DNA from: a virus
Lineage: Duplodnaviria > Heunggongvirae > Uroviricota > Caudoviricetes
Direction: 5' to 3' (one strand)
Length of the DNA: 45,585 nucleotides
Virus record (IMG/VR): IMGVR_UViG_2582580752_000004
Position numbers and translations under genes: made by a program. Positions 26,217-35,894 of the stretch are shown here, piece after piece. The notes below the pieces were generated by a model. That model ran no database searches, was not told where the DNA came from, and saw only the letters and a program-made list of their open reading frames with translations. Numbering within the stretch: the stretch's first letter is position 1; each line of letters begins with the position of its first letter.

Positions 26217-28179
26217 TCTTTCACACATTATTGCCGCAGCATTCAATGAACCGCTGCTTCTGGAGCCCGCCTATGCGCGGGTTTTCTTTTGCGCGCTCGG
26301 GCGCGAGATGGGGGCAGCAAGTCTTTCGGTACCACAACAGCAGGTACAGCTTGATGCTCCCGGAATGCTGGCTGAAACGGACGAGTACATGGCCGGAGGT
26401 AAACGACCGGCCCGTGTTTACCGGGTGGTGAACGGTATTGCGGTACTGCCGGTGACCGGCACGCTGGTGCACCGGCTGGGGGGGATGCGGCCATTTTCCG
26501 GAATGACTGGCTATGACGGCATTGTCGCCTGTCTTCAGCAGGCAATGGCAGATAGCCAGGTGCGGGGCATACTGCTGGACATTGACAGTCCGGGCGGGCA
26601 GGCCGCCGGCGCGTTTGACTGCGCTGACATGATTTACCGCCTCCGTCAGCAGAAGCCGGTCTGGGCACTGTGCAATGACACGGCCTGTTCTGCAGCCATG
26701 CTGCTGGCGTCGGCCTGCTCCCGACGGCTGGTTACCCAGACATCCCGTATCGGCTCCATTGGCGTGATGATGAGCCATGTCAGCTATGCCGGTCATCTGG
26801 CGCAGGCCGGTGTGGATATCACGCTGATTTACTCAGGGGCGCACAAGGTGGATGGCAATCAGTTTGAAGCCTTACCGGCAGAGGTTCGCCAGGACATGCA
26901 GCAGCGCATTGATGCGGCGCGCCGGATGTTTGCCGAAAAAGTGGCGATGTTTACCGGTCTGTCTGTTGATGCCGTCACGGGAACAGAGGCCGCCGTTTTT
27001 GAAGGTCAGTCCGGCATTGAGGCCGGGCTGGCGGATGAATTAGTCAATGCGTCGGATGCCATCAGTGTGATGGCCACGGCGCTGAACAGTAATGTCAGAG
27101 GAGGCACTATGCCGCAATTAACTGCAACGGAAGCCGCCGCGCAGGAGAACCAGCGAGTGATGGGGATCCTGACATGCCAGGAAGCGAAAGGACGTGAACA
27201 GCTTGCCACGATGCTGGCAGGACAACAGGGCATGAGCGTTGAACAGGCCCGGGCGATTCTGGCCGCGGCGGCACCGCAGCAGCCGGTGGCATCCACGCAG
27301 AGTGAAGCCGATCGCATTATGGCGTGTGAAGAAGCGAACGGTCGTGAACAACTGGCGGCAACGCTGGCGGCGATGCCGGAGATGACGGTGGAAAAAGCCC
27401 GCCCGATCCTGGCTGCTTCACCGCAGGCGGATGCCGGACCCTCACTCCGTGATCAGATCATGGCACTGGATGAGGCAAAAGGGGCTGAGGCCAGGCTGAC
27501 GGATGAATTAGTCAATGCGTCGGATGCCATCAGTGTGATGGCCACGGCGCTGAACAGTAATGTCAGAGGAGGCACTATGCCGCAATTAACTGCAACGGAA
27601 GCCGCCGCGCAGGAGAACCAGCGAGTGATGGGGATCCTGACATGCCAGGAAGCGAAAGGACGTGAACAGCTTGCCACGATGCTGGCAGGACAACAGGGCA
27701 TGAGCGTTGAACAGGCCCGGGCGATTCTGGCCGCGGCGGCACCGCAGCAGCCGGTGGCATCCACGCAGAGTGAAGCCGATCGCATTATGGCGTGTGAAGA
27801 AGCGAACGGTCGTGAACAACTGGCGGCAACGCTGGCGGCGATGCCGGAGATGACGGTGGAAAAAGCCCGCCCGATCCTGGCTGCTTCACCGCAGGCGGAT
27901 GCCGGACCCTCACTCCGTGATCAGATCATGGCACTGGATGAGGCAAAAGGGGCTGAGGCGCAGGCTGAACAACTGGCTGCCTGCCCGGGAATGACTGTGG
28001 AGAGCGCCCGGGCTGTGCTGGCTGCGGGATCAGGTAAGGCAGAACCGGTCTCTGCATCCACAACCGCCCTGTTTGAACGCATCATGGCGAACCATTCACC
28101 GGCAGCGGTACAGGGTGGCGTGCCACAGACGTCAGCAGACGGTGATGCGGACGTGAAAATGCTCATGGCCATGCCATGA
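26206..28179 (+). CDS. C: Head maturation protease C (S49/ClpP-like) with in-frame scaffold (Nu3-like) C-terminal region; contains a 156-codon tandem duplication
   Basis: 657-aa ORF in the lambda C position; residues ADELVNASD...DEAKGAEA occur twice in tandem. Confidence 0.85.
   Translation: MRRNLSHIIAAAFNEPLLLEPAYARVFFCALGREMGAASLSVPQQQVQLDAPGMLAETDEYMAGGKRPARVYRVVNGIAVLPVTGTLVHRLGGMRPFSGMTGYDGIVACLQQAMADSQVRGILLDIDSPGGQAAGAFDCADMIYRLRQQKPVWALCNDTACSAAMLLASACSRRLVTQTSRIGSIGVMMSHVSYAGHLAQAGVDITLIYSGAHKVDGNQFEALPAEVRQDMQQRIDAARRMFAEKVAMFTGLSVDAVTGTEAAVFEGQSGIEAGLADELVNASDAISVMATALNSNVRGGTMPQLTATEAAAQENQRVMGILTCQEAKGREQLATMLAGQQGMSVEQARAILAAAAPQQPVASTQSEADRIMACEEANGREQLAATLAAMPEMTVEKARPILAASPQADAGPSLRDQIMALDEAKGAEARLTDELVNASDAISVMATALNSNVRGGTMPQLTATEAAAQENQRVMGILTCQEAKGREQLATMLAGQQGMSVEQARAILAAAAPQQPVASTQSEADRIMACEEANGREQLAATLAAMPEMTVEKARPILAASPQADAGPSLRDQIMALDEAKGAEAQAEQLAACPGMTVESARAVLAAGSGKAEPVSASTTALFERIMANHSPAAVQGGVPQTSADGDADVKMLMAMP
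27032..27967. repeat. Perfect 468-bp in-frame tandem duplication (2 copies) within the C/Nu3 gene
   Basis: Minus-strand ORF pairs in the track are identical at a 468-bp offset (27107/27575, 27118/27586); junctions carry GAGGC...GGCTG microhomology. Confidence 0.85.
27577..28179 (+). CDS. Putative nested scaffold protein (Nu3-like) from an internal in-frame start
   Basis: Strong internal SD AGAGGAGG plus ATG (MPQLTATEAAAQ...) in the C frame; the same SD/ATG also occurs at 27109 because of the duplication. Confidence 0.4.
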   Translation: MPQLTATEAAAQENQRVMGILTCQEAKGREQLATMLAGQQGMSVEQARAILAAAAPQQPVASTQSEADRIMACEEANGREQLAATLAAMPEMTVEKARPILAASPQADAGPSLRDQIMALDEAKGAEAQAEQLAACPGMTVESARAVLAAGSGKAEPVSASTTALFERIMANHSPAAVQGGVPQTSADGDADVKMLMAMP

Positions 28180-28215
28180 AGTCAGTGCTGATCATCAACA
28201 GGAGGTTTTTACAAT

Positions 28216-28563
28216 ATGGTAACGAAAACCATCACTGAACAGCGTGCGGAAGTACGTATTTTTGCCGGTAATGATCCGGCTCATACCGCCACAGGCAGCA
28301 GCGGGATTTCCTCGGCAACACCGGCACTGACGCCCCTGATGCTGGATGAAGCCAGCGGGAAACTGGTGGTCTGGGACGGACAGAAAGCCGGTAGTGCAGT
28401 TGGCATACTGGTACTGCCGCTTGAAGGCACAGAGACGGTACTGACCTATTACAAGTCGGGGACCTTTGCGACGGAGGCAATCCGCTGGCCTGAAAGTGTG
28501 GATGAACACAAAAAGGCAAATGCCTTTGCCGGCAGTGCCCTGAGTCACGCGGCGCTGCCGTAA
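28216..28563 (+). CDS. D: Head decoration protein (lambda gpD-like)
   Basis: NDPAHTATG...TPLMLD...YKSGTF matches gpD. Confidence 0.85.
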   Translation: MVTKTITEQRAEVRIFAGNDPAHTATGSSGISSATPALTPLMLDEASGKLVVWDGQKAGSAVGILVLPLEGTETVLTYYKSGTFATEAIRWPESVDEHKKANAFAGSALSHAALP

Positions 28564-28620
28564 CACGTTATCAGGCCACCGCGGTGGCCTGACTGATTTC
28601 TGAATGAAAGGAACTGATTT

Positions 28621-29649
28621 ATGGGATTGTTTACGACCCGCCAGTTACTCGGTTATACCGAACAAAAAGTGAAATTTCGTGCGCTGTTTCTGGAGCTGTT
28701 TTTCCGCCGTACGGTGAATTTCCATACCGAAGAGGTGATGCTGGACAAAATTACCGGAAAAACGCCGGTGGCGGCCTATGTCTCCCCGGTTGTTGAAGGA
28801 AAAGTGCTGCGTCATCGTGGTGGTGAAACCCGCGTGTTACGTCCGGGCTACGTCAAGCCGAAACACGAATTTAATTACCAGCAGGCGGTTGAGCGCCTTC
28901 CTGGTGAAGATCCGGCTCAACTGAACGATCCGGCTTACCGCCGTCTGCGTATCATTACCGATAACCTCAAACAGGAAGAGCACGCGATTGTCCAGGTGGA
29001 AGAAATACAGGCGGTAAATGCTGTGTTGTATGGCAAATATACGATGGAAGGAGACCAGTTCGAGAAAATTGAGGTCGATTTTGGCAGGTCGACGAAGAAT
29101 AACATCACTCAGGGTAGTGGTAAGGAGTGGTCAAAACAGGATCGTGACACGTTCGATCCTACACATGATCTTGACCTCTACTGCGACCAGGCCAGCGGTC
29201 TTGTGAATATTGCCATTATGGACGGTACCGTCTGGCGTCTTCTGAATGGTTTTAAGCTGTTCCGCGAAAAACTGGATACCCGTCGCGGTTCAAATTCTCA
29301 ACTCGAAACGGCAGTGAAAGATCTGGGCGCAGTGGTGTCCTTCAAGGGGTATTACGGCGATCTGGCCATTGTGGTGGCGAAAACGTCTTATATAGCAGAA
29401 GACGGTATCGAAAAACGTTATCTGCCGGAGGGCATGCTGGTTCTGGGGAATACTGCTGCAGATGGGATCCGTTGTTACGGTGCCATTCAGGATGCGCAGG
29501 CGTTGTCCGAAGGTGTGGTGGCCTCTTCCCGTTATCCGAAACACTGGCTGACGGTGGGGGATCCCGCCCGTGAATTTACCATGACGCAGTCCGCGCCGCT
29601 GATGGTGTTGCCGGACCCGGATGAGTTTGTGGTGGTACAGGTGAAATAA
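28621..29649 (+). CDS. E: Major capsid protein (lambda gpE-like)
   Basis: 342 aa collinear with lambda E (KLDTRRGSNS-LETAVKDLG...GDPAREFTM-QSAPLM). Confidence 0.9.
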   Translation: MGLFTTRQLLGYTEQKVKFRALFLELFFRRTVNFHTEEVMLDKITGKTPVAAYVSPVVEGKVLRHRGGETRVLRPGYVKPKHEFNYQQAVERLPGEDPAQLNDPAYRRLRIITDNLKQEEHAIVQVEEIQAVNAVLYGKYTMEGDQFEKIEVDFGRSTKNNITQGSGKEWSKQDRDTFDPTHDLDLYCDQASGLVNIAIMDGTVWRLLNGFKLFREKLDTRRGSNSQLETAVKDLGAVVSFKGYYGDLAIVVAKTSYIAEDGIEKRYLPEGMLVLGNTAADGIRCYGAIQDAQALSEGVVASSRYPKHWLTVGDPAREFTMTQSAPLMVLPDPDEFVVVQVK

Positions 29650-29700
29650 TCCGTGAGCGGGGGCGAAATGCCCCCGTGTCTTTTTTCACAGGGGGCTGAT

Positions 29701-30075
29701 ATGGCAACGAAAGAGCAAAATCTGAAACGGCTTGATGAACTGGCCCTGATTCTGGGGCGTGAGCCGGATATATCCGGGAGTGCCGCAGAGATAGCGCAGC
29801 GGGTGGCGGAATGGGAAGAGGAAATACAGTCATCCGGCGAGGATGTTCAGGTTGGGGATACGGTGATCCGGGAGCGGGAAACCGCGGCTCATGATGTTCG
29901 TGAGGATACATCCGGTGCGTTAACGCGCATCAGAGTTCTGACCTGCCTCCATCTCTGTGGCATTGATGGTGAAACAGGGGAATCCGTTGAGATTGCGGAT
30001 GTTGGTCGGGTGATTCTGATTATGTCCTCAGATGCAAAAACACACGTTGATGGCGGAATGGCTGTTTATGCGTGA
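29701..30075 (+). CDS. FI: DNA-packaging protein FI-like
   Basis: Position between E and FII; start at MATKEQ; acidic protein. Confidence 0.65.
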   Translation: MATKEQNLKRLDELALILGREPDISGSAAEIAQRVAEWEEEIQSSGEDVQVGDTVIRERETAAHDVREDTSGALTRIRVLTCLHLCGIDGETGESVEIADVGRVILIMSSDAKTHVDGGMAVYA

Positions 30076-30421
30076 TTTTCAGAATGCCTTTGATGCTGCC
30101 CTTGCCGGGGTGGACAGTACGATTGTTGAAGTGATGGGGCTCTGTGCACAGTTCACCTCGGGGGCACAGTGTGGCGGAGAAGTTCAGGGGGTTTTTGACG
30201 ATCCGGAGTCGCTGGGATTTGCCGGTAGCGGGGTCCGTATTGAAGGAAGCAGCCCGTCATTATTTGTGCGGACGGATACGGTTCGTGCTGTGCGGCGTGG
30301 TGACACGCTGACCATTAATGGTGAGACGTTCTGGGTGGATCGTGTTTCTCCGGATGACGGGGGCAGCTGTTATCTCTGGCTCAACCGTGGGCAACCACCC
30401 GCCGTTAACCGGCGACGATAA
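30068..30421 (+). CDS. FII: Head completion protein (lambda FII-like)
   Basis: C-terminus SSPSLFVRTD-VR-RRGDTLTI...FWVDRVSPDDGGSC-LWL-RG-PPAVNRRR matches lambda FII. Confidence 0.8.
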   Translation: MRDFQNAFDAALAGVDSTIVEVMGLCAQFTSGAQCGGEVQGVFDDPESLGFAGSGVRIEGSSPSLFVRTDTVRAVRRGDTLTINGETFWVDRVSPDDGGSCYLWLNRGQPPAVNRRR

Positions 30422-30436
30422 ACGCAGGGTGAAATT

Positions 30437-30970
30437 ATGGCGATAAAAGGGCTTGAGCAGGCGATTGATAATCTGAGCCGGGTTCGTAAAAACGCCATTC
30501 CGGCGGCTTCTGCAATGACCATTAACCGCGTGGCCACAACGGCGATTAATCAGTCTTCATCACAGGTTGCCCGGGAAACCAGGGTGAGACGGAAACTGGT
30601 TAAGGAACGGTCCAGACTGAAACGGGCCACGGTCAGAAATCCGAATGCCAGAATTATCGTTAACCGCGGTGATCTCCCGGTGATTAAGCTGGGGATCAGG
30701 ATGCCGGGGCGTCGTCCGGACAGCATACTCAAAGCCGGTCAGCATCGTTATCAGCGGGCATTTATTCAGCGATTAAAAAATGGTCGCTGGCATGTCATGC
30801 AGCGTGTGGTCGGGAAAAACCGTTACCCCATTGATGTGGTGAAAATCCCGATGGCGGCCCCACTGAAACAGGCGTTTGATGAGAATGTTGACCGTATCCG
30901 GCGTGAACGTCTGCCCGGAGAACTGGCATACGCGCTGAAACAACAACTGAGGATTGCGATAAAACGATGA
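30437..30970 (+). CDS. Z: Tail completion protein (lambda gpZ-like)
   Basis: MAIKGLEQA-NLSR...RGDLPVIKLG...NGRWHVMQRV-GKNRYPIDVVKIPMA matches gpZ. Confidence 0.85.
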   Translation: MAIKGLEQAIDNLSRVRKNAIPAASAMTINRVATTAINQSSSQVARETRVRRKLVKERSRLKRATVRNPNARIIVNRGDLPVIKLGIRMPGRRPDSILKAGQHRYQRAFIQRLKNGRWHVMQRVVGKNRYPIDVVKIPMAAPLKQAFDENVDRIRRERLPGELAYALKQQLRIAIKR

Positions 30971-31362
30971 AACATACTGATATCCGTGCTGCAGTGCTGG
31001 ATGCACTGGAGCTGCATGAACACGGGGCGACGCTGTTTGATGGTCGCCCCGTTGTTTTTGACGAAGAGGATTTTCCCGCGGTCGCGGTTTATCTGACGGA
31101 TGCAGAGTATACCGGTGAAGAGCTGGATGCAGATACCTGGCGGGCCACACTGCATATTGAGGTGTTTTTACCAGCACAGGTACCGGATTCGGAGCTGGAT
31201 TCGTGGATGGAAAGCCGGATTTATCCGGCGATGACTGCGATCCCGGCACTGGCAGACCTGATTACCACGATGGTTACGCAGGGCTATGAGTATCGTCGTG
31301 ATGACGATATGGCGTTATGGAGTTCTGCGGATCTGACTTATTCCATTACATACGAGATGTGA
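30967..31362 (+). CDS. U: Tail terminator protein (lambda gpU-like)
   Basis: [14 protein letters not shown]...[25 protein letters not shown] matches gpU. Confidence 0.85.
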   Translation: MKHTDIRAAVLDALELHEHGATLFDGRPVVFDEEDFPAVAVYLTDAEYTGEELDADTWRATLHIEVFLPAQVPDSELDSWMESRIYPAMTAIPALADLITTMVTQGYEYRRDDDMALWSSADLTYSITYEM

Positions 31363-31369
31363 GGACGAT

Positions 31370-32122
31370 ATGTCAACACCAAATCCCCTTGAGCCGGTAA
31401 AAGGTGCCGGTACCACCCTGTGGGTTTATAACGGTCAGGGTGACGCCTATGCAAACCCGTTGTCAGACGATGACTGGCTGCGACTGGCTAAGGTGAAGGA
31501 TCTGACGCCGGGCGAGATGACGGCAGAACCCTACGATGATAACTACCTGGATGATGAAGACGCGGACTGGACCGCGACCGGGCAGGGGCAGAAGTCTGCA
31601 GGAGATACCAGTTTTACGCTGGCCTGGAAACCGGGAGAAGAAGGTCAGAAAGGGCTTATAGGCTGGTTTGAAAGCGGGGATGTGCGGGCCTATAAAATCC
31701 GTTTCCCAAATGGCACGGTGGATGTGTTCCGTGGCTGGGTCAGCAGTATCGGTAAGGCCGTGACGGCGAAAGAAGTGATCACCCGCACGGTGAAAGTGAC
31801 CAACGTGGGCAAACCTTCTGTAGCGGAAGAACGCAGCAAAATTACGCCGGTCACTGCGATTAAGGTGACGCCGACATCCGGTACGGTGGCAAAAGGGAAA
31901 ACAACCACCCTGACGGTTTCTTTTGAGCCGGAAAGTGCAACCGACAAGACGTTCAGAGCGGTTTCCGCCGATCCGTCGAAAGCCACCATTAGTGTGAAAG
32001 ATATGACAATTACGGTAAACGGCGTGGCGACAGGTAAGGTGCAGATCCCTGTGGTGAGCGGAAATGGTCAGTTCGCCGCAGTGGCTGAAGTCACCGTTAC
32101 TGAAGCGGGCGCTGCAGGGTAA
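31370..32122 (+). CDS. V: Major tail tube protein (lambda gpV-like)
   Basis: Strong collinear similarity to gpV ([11 protein letters not shown]...[25 protein letters not shown]...). Confidence 0.9.
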   Translation: MSTPNPLEPVKGAGTTLWVYNGQGDAYANPLSDDDWLRLAKVKDLTPGEMTAEPYDDNYLDDEDADWTATGQGQKSAGDTSFTLAWKPGEEGQKGLIGWFESGDVRAYKIRFPNGTVDVFRGWVSSIGKAVTAKEVITRTVKVTNVGKPSVAEERSKITPVTAIKVTPTSGTVAKGKTTTLTVSFEPESATDKTFRAVSADPSKATISVKDMTITVNGVATGKVQIPVVSGNGQFAAVAEVTVTEAGAAG

Positions 32123-32135
32123 ACGGAGGTAATAC

Positions 32136-32567
32136 ATGTTTCTGAAAACAGAACAATTTGAATATAACGGTGTGTCCGTCACGCTTTCCGAATTGTCTGC
32201 GCTGCAGCGTATTGAGCATCTTGCCCTCCTGAAACGGCGTGCAGAACAGGCAGAATCCAGCGGCAACCTGCAGGTAAGCGTGGAAGATCTCGTCAGAACC
32301 GGCGCGTTTCTGGTGGCGATGTCCCTGTGGCATAACCATCCGCAGAAAACGGCATCACCGTCAATGAATGAGGCTGTGATGCAGATCGAACAGGAGGTGC
32401 TCACCACCTGGCCTGCGGATGCCATTGCCCGGGCGGAAGATGTGGTGTTGCGTCTGTCCGGGATGAGCGGGGCTGTTCATGCGGATACTGACAGCACCGA
32501 AGTGGCGAAAAATAACGCGCTGACTGATGATGATTTTTCTGCGGGAAAGTCTTCGACGGCGAGCTGA
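32136..32567 (+). CDS. G: Tail assembly chaperone (lambda gpG-like)
   Basis: MFLKTE-FE-NGV-VTLSELSALQRIEHLAL-KR-AEQAES matches gpG; slippery heptamer near the 3' end. Confidence 0.85.
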   Translation: MFLKTEQFEYNGVSVTLSELSALQRIEHLALLKRRAEQAESSGNLQVSVEDLVRTGAFLVAMSLWHNHPQKTASPSMNEAVMQIEQEVLTTWPADAIARAEDVVLRLSGMSGAVHADTDSTEVAKNNALTDDDFSAGKSSTAS

Positions 32568-33007
32568 ATTTTGCCCTCAGACTGGCGCGTGAGATGGGGA
32601 GGCCTGACTGGCGCGCCATGCTTGCCGGGATGACATCCACCGAATATGCCGACTGGCGACATTTTTACCGTACGCATTATTTTCTCGATACCCAACTGGA
32701 TATGCATTTTTCCGGGCTGACGTACGCCGTACTCAGCCTGTTTTTTTGCGATCCGGATATGCATCCCTCTGATTTCAGTCTGCTTGCCCCCCGGCGTGAG
32801 GAAGCGCAGACGGAGATGCCGGATGAGGAAAAAATGCTGATGCAGAAAGCGGCAGGACTTGCCGGAGGCGTCCGGTTCGGTGGGGACGGAGGGCGCGATA
32901 TTTTATCGTCTGCGGATGTGGCGGATGTCATGGTGGATGATGCCGCATTAATGATGGCTTCAGCGGGGATTCCGGGAGGTGTGAGATATGTCCCAGCCGG
33001 TTGGTGA
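32552..33007 (+). CDS. T: gpT-like extension made as a G-T fusion by -1 programmed ribosomal frameshift at GGGAAAG (about 32552-32558)
   Basis: Slippery heptamer G GGA AAG near the end of G; the -1 frame reads into the ORF containing MGRPDWRAML, overlapping the start of H. Confidence 0.7.
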   Translation, partial: FDGELNFALRLAREMGRPDWRAMLAGMTSTEYADWRHFYRTHYFLDTQLDMHFSGLTYAVLSLFFCDPDMHPSDFSLLAPRREEAQTEMPDEEKMLMQKAAGLAGGVRFGGDGGRDILSSADVADVMVDDAALMMASAGIPGGVRYVPAGW

Positions 33008-35894
33008 TCTTGTTATTGACCTGAGTCTGGATGCGGTCCGTTTCGATGAGCAGATGAGCCGGGTAAGGCGTCATTTTTCAGGTCTGGATACCGACGTCAA
33101 AAAAACCGCCAGTGCTGTTGAACAGGGCCTGAGCCGCCAGGCGCTGGCTGCACAAAAAGCCGGGATTTCCGTCGGGCAGTATAAAGCGGCCATGCGAACC
33201 CTGCCCGCACAGTTTACGGATATCGCCACGCAGCTTGCCGGTGGTCAGAATCCCTGGCTGATCCTGCTGCAACAGGGCGGTCAGGTGAAGGACTCCTTCG
33301 GCGGGATGATCCCCATGTTCAGGGGACTTGCCGGTGCGATCACCCTGCCGATGGTCGGGGTCACCTCGCTGGCGGTGGCGACAGGTGCGCTGGCGTACGC
33401 CTGGTACCTGGGGGATTCCACGCTTTCAGCGTTTAATAAAACCCTGGTTCTTTCCGGTAATCAGTCCGGACTGACTGCCGATCGCATGCTGACGCTCTCC
33501 AGAGCCGGACAGGCCGCAGGGCTGACGTTTAACCAGGCGAGAGAGTCACTGGCAGCCCTGGTGAATGCCGGTGTGCGTGGTGGTGAACAGTTTGATGCCA
33601 TCAACCAGAGTGTCGCGCGTTTTGCTTCTGCATCCGGTGTGGAGGTGGACAAGGTTGCAGAGGCTTTCGGAAAACTGACCACCGACCCGACGTCGGGGCT
33701 GATTGCGATGGCGCGCCAGTTCCGTAACGTGACGGCAGAGCAGATTGCGTATGTTGCGCAGCTGCAGCGTTCCGGTGATGAGGCCGGGGCCTTACAGGCG
33801 GCGAACGATATCGCCACGAAAGGCTTTGATGAGCAGACCCGTCGCCTGAAAGAAAACATGGGGACACTGGAGACCTGGGCGGATAAAACAGGGAAGGCGT
33901 TCAAATCGATGTGGGATGCCATTCTGGATATCGGTCGTCCTGAGTCCTCAGCGGATATGCTCGCCAGTGCACAGAAGGCATTTGATGAGGCGGATAAAAA
34001 ATGGCAGTGGTACCAGAGCCGGAGCCAGCGCCGGGGAAAAACCGCCTCTTTCCGGGCCAACCTTCAGGGCGCATGGAATGACCGGGAAAATGCCCGTCTG
34101 GGGCTGGCAGCGGCCACGCTGCAGTCGGATATGGAAAAAGCCGGTGAACTGGCCGCCAGGGACCGGGCCGAACGGGACGCATCACAGCTGAAGTATACCG
34201 GAGAGGCGCAGAAGGCGTATGAGCGTCTGCTGACGCCGCTGGAGAAATATACCGCCCGTCAGGAAGAACTGAATAAGGCCCTGAAAGACGGGAAAATCCT
34301 GCAGGCGGATTACAACACGCTGATGGCGGCGGCGAAAAAGGATTATGAATCGACGCTGAAAAAGCCGAAGTCGTCAGGAGTCAAAGTGTCAGCCGGTGAG
34401 CGTCAGGAAGACCTGACGCATGCGGCGCTGCTGGCGCTTGAAACCGAGCTCCGGACGCTGGAGAAGCACAGCGGAGCGAATGAGAAAATCAGCCGGCAGC
34501 GCCGTGATTTATGGAAGGCGGAAAGTCAGTATGCGGTCCTGAAAGAGGCTGCCACGAAACGACAGTTATCTGAGCAGGAAAAATCCCTGCTGGCCCATGA
34601 GCAAGAGACGCTGGAGTACAAACGCCAGCTGGCTGACCTGGGCGACAAGGTTGAACACCAGAAACGCCTGAATGAGCTGGCACAGCAGGCGGCGCGGTTT
34701 GAGCAGCAGCAGGGCGCGAAGCAGGCAGCCATCAGCGCAAAAGCCCGCGGCCTCACCGACCGTCAGGCGCAGCGGGAGTCGGAAGAGCAGCGCCTTCGTG
34801 ACGTGTACGGTGATAATCCGGCTGCGCTGGCGAAGGCCACATCTGCACTGAAGAACACCTGGTCTGCGGAGGAGCAGCTTCGTGGAAGCTGGATGGCCGG
34901 GCTGAAGTCCGGCTGGGGCGAGTGGGCAGAAAGTGCGACGGACAGTTTTTCGCAGGTTAAAAGCGTGGCCACGCAGACCTTTGACGGTATTGCACAGAAT
35001 ATGGCAGCGATGCTGACCGGCAGCGAACAGAACTGGCGTGGTTTCACCCGTTCTGTGCTCTCCATGCTGACAGAGATTTTTCTGAAGCAGGCGATGGTGG
35101 GGATAGTCGGGAGTATCGGCAGCGCCATGGGTGGTGCTTTCGGTGGTGGTGCGTCTGCCTCCACGGGGACGGCCATTCAGGCTGCGGCGGCGAACTTCCA
35201 TTTCGCGACCGGGGGATTTACGGGGACGGGGGGTAAATATGAACCTGCGGGGATTGTTCATCGCGGGGAGTTTGTCTTCACGAAGGAAGCAACCAGCCGG
35301 ATTGGCGTCGGCAACCTGTACCGCCTGATGCGGGGCTATGCGGAAGGTGGTTATGTGGGCGGTGCCGGAAGTCCGGCGCAGATGCGGCGGACGGAAGGCA
35401 TTAATTTTAATCAGAACAATCACGTGGTGATTCAGAACGACGGCACCAACGGACAGGCGGGGCCGCAGCTGATGAAGGCGGTGTATGACATGGCCCGCAA
35501 GGGGGCGCAGGATGAGCTCCGGCTGCAGTTGCGTGATGGCGGTATGTTATCCGGGGAGCGGGCGATGAAAACCTTTCGCTGGAAAGTGAAGCCGGATATG
35601 GAGGTGAACTCGCAGCCATCGGTGCGTGAAGTGCGTTTTGGTGACGGGTATTCGCAGCGTATGGCGGCGGGGCTGAATGCTGACCTGAAAACATACCGTG
35701 TGACGCTTTCCGTGACCCGGGAGGAGGCCCGACATCTGGAGGCATTCCTGGCAGAGCACGGTGGCTGGAAGGCGTTTCTGTGGACACCGCCTTATGCCTG
35801 GCGGCAGATAAAGGTGACCTGTGCCGCCTGGTCATCACGGATTCGCATGCTGCGGGTTGAATTCAGTGCCGAGTTTAAGCAGGTGGTGAACTGA
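32988..35894 (+). CDS. H: Tail tape-measure protein (lambda gpH-like), here with no stop before the M-homologous segment
   Basis: 968-aa ORF: about 859 aa collinear with lambda H, then 109 aa collinear with lambda M in the same frame. Confidence 0.85.
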   Translation: MSQPVGDLVIDLSLDAVRFDEQMSRVRRHFSGLDTDVKKTASAVEQGLSRQALAAQKAGISVGQYKAAMRTLPAQFTDIATQLAGGQNPWLILLQQGGQVKDSFGGMIPMFRGLAGAITLPMVGVTSLAVATGALAYAWYLGDSTLSAFNKTLVLSGNQSGLTADRMLTLSRAGQAAGLTFNQARESLAALVNAGVRGGEQFDAINQSVARFASASGVEVDKVAEAFGKLTTDPTSGLIAMARQFRNVTAEQIAYVAQLQRSGDEAGALQAANDIATKGFDEQTRRLKENMGTLETWADKTGKAFKSMWDAILDIGRPESSADMLASAQKAFDEADKKWQWYQSRSQRRGKTASFRANLQGAWNDRENARLGLAAATLQSDMEKAGELAARDRAERDASQLKYTGEAQKAYERLLTPLEKYTARQEELNKALKDGKILQADYNTLMAAAKKDYESTLKKPKSSGVKVSAGERQEDLTHAALLALETELRTLEKHSGANEKISRQRRDLWKAESQYAVLKEAATKRQLSEQEKSLLAHEQETLEYKRQLADLGDKVEHQKRLNELAQQAARFEQQQGAKQAAISAKARGLTDRQAQRESEEQRLRDVYGDNPAALAKATSALKNTWSAEEQLRGSWMAGLKSGWGEWAESATDSFSQVKSVATQTFDGIAQNMAAMLTGSEQNWRGFTRSVLSMLTEIFLKQAMVGIVGSIGSAMGGAFGGGASASTGTAIQAAAANFHFATGGFTGTGGKYEPAGIVHRGEFVFTKEATSRIGVGNLYRLMRGYAEGGYVGGAGSPAQMRRTEGINFNQNNHVVIQNDGTNGQAGPQLMKAVYDMARKGAQDELRLQLRDGGMLSGERAMKTFRWKVKPDMEVNSQPSVREVRFGDGYSQRMAAGLNADLKTYRVTLSVTREEARHLEAFLAEHGGWKAFLWTPPYAWRQIKVTCAAWSSRIRMLRVEFSAEFKQVVN
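35565..35894 (+). CDS. M: Minor tail protein (lambda gpM-like), internal start within the fused H-M frame
   Basis: MKTFRWKVKP...RVEFSAEFKQVVN matches gpM; GGAG SD upstream of its ATG. Confidence 0.7.
   Translation: MKTFRWKVKPDMEVNSQPSVREVRFGDGYSQRMAAGLNADLKTYRVTLSVTREEARHLEAFLAEHGGWKAFLWTPPYAWRQIKVTCAAWSSRIRMLRVEFSAEFKQVVN

Noticed and set aside
31463-32425. 320-aa minus-strand ORF across the V and G genes
   Set aside because: Antisense to two conserved tail genes; Cys/Arg-rich low-complexity translation.
33461-35423. Several long minus-strand ORFs (199 aa and 285 aa) inside the tape-measure gene
   Set aside because: Antisense to a gene collinear with lambda gpH; the long open frames reflect GC-rich repetitive coding sequence.
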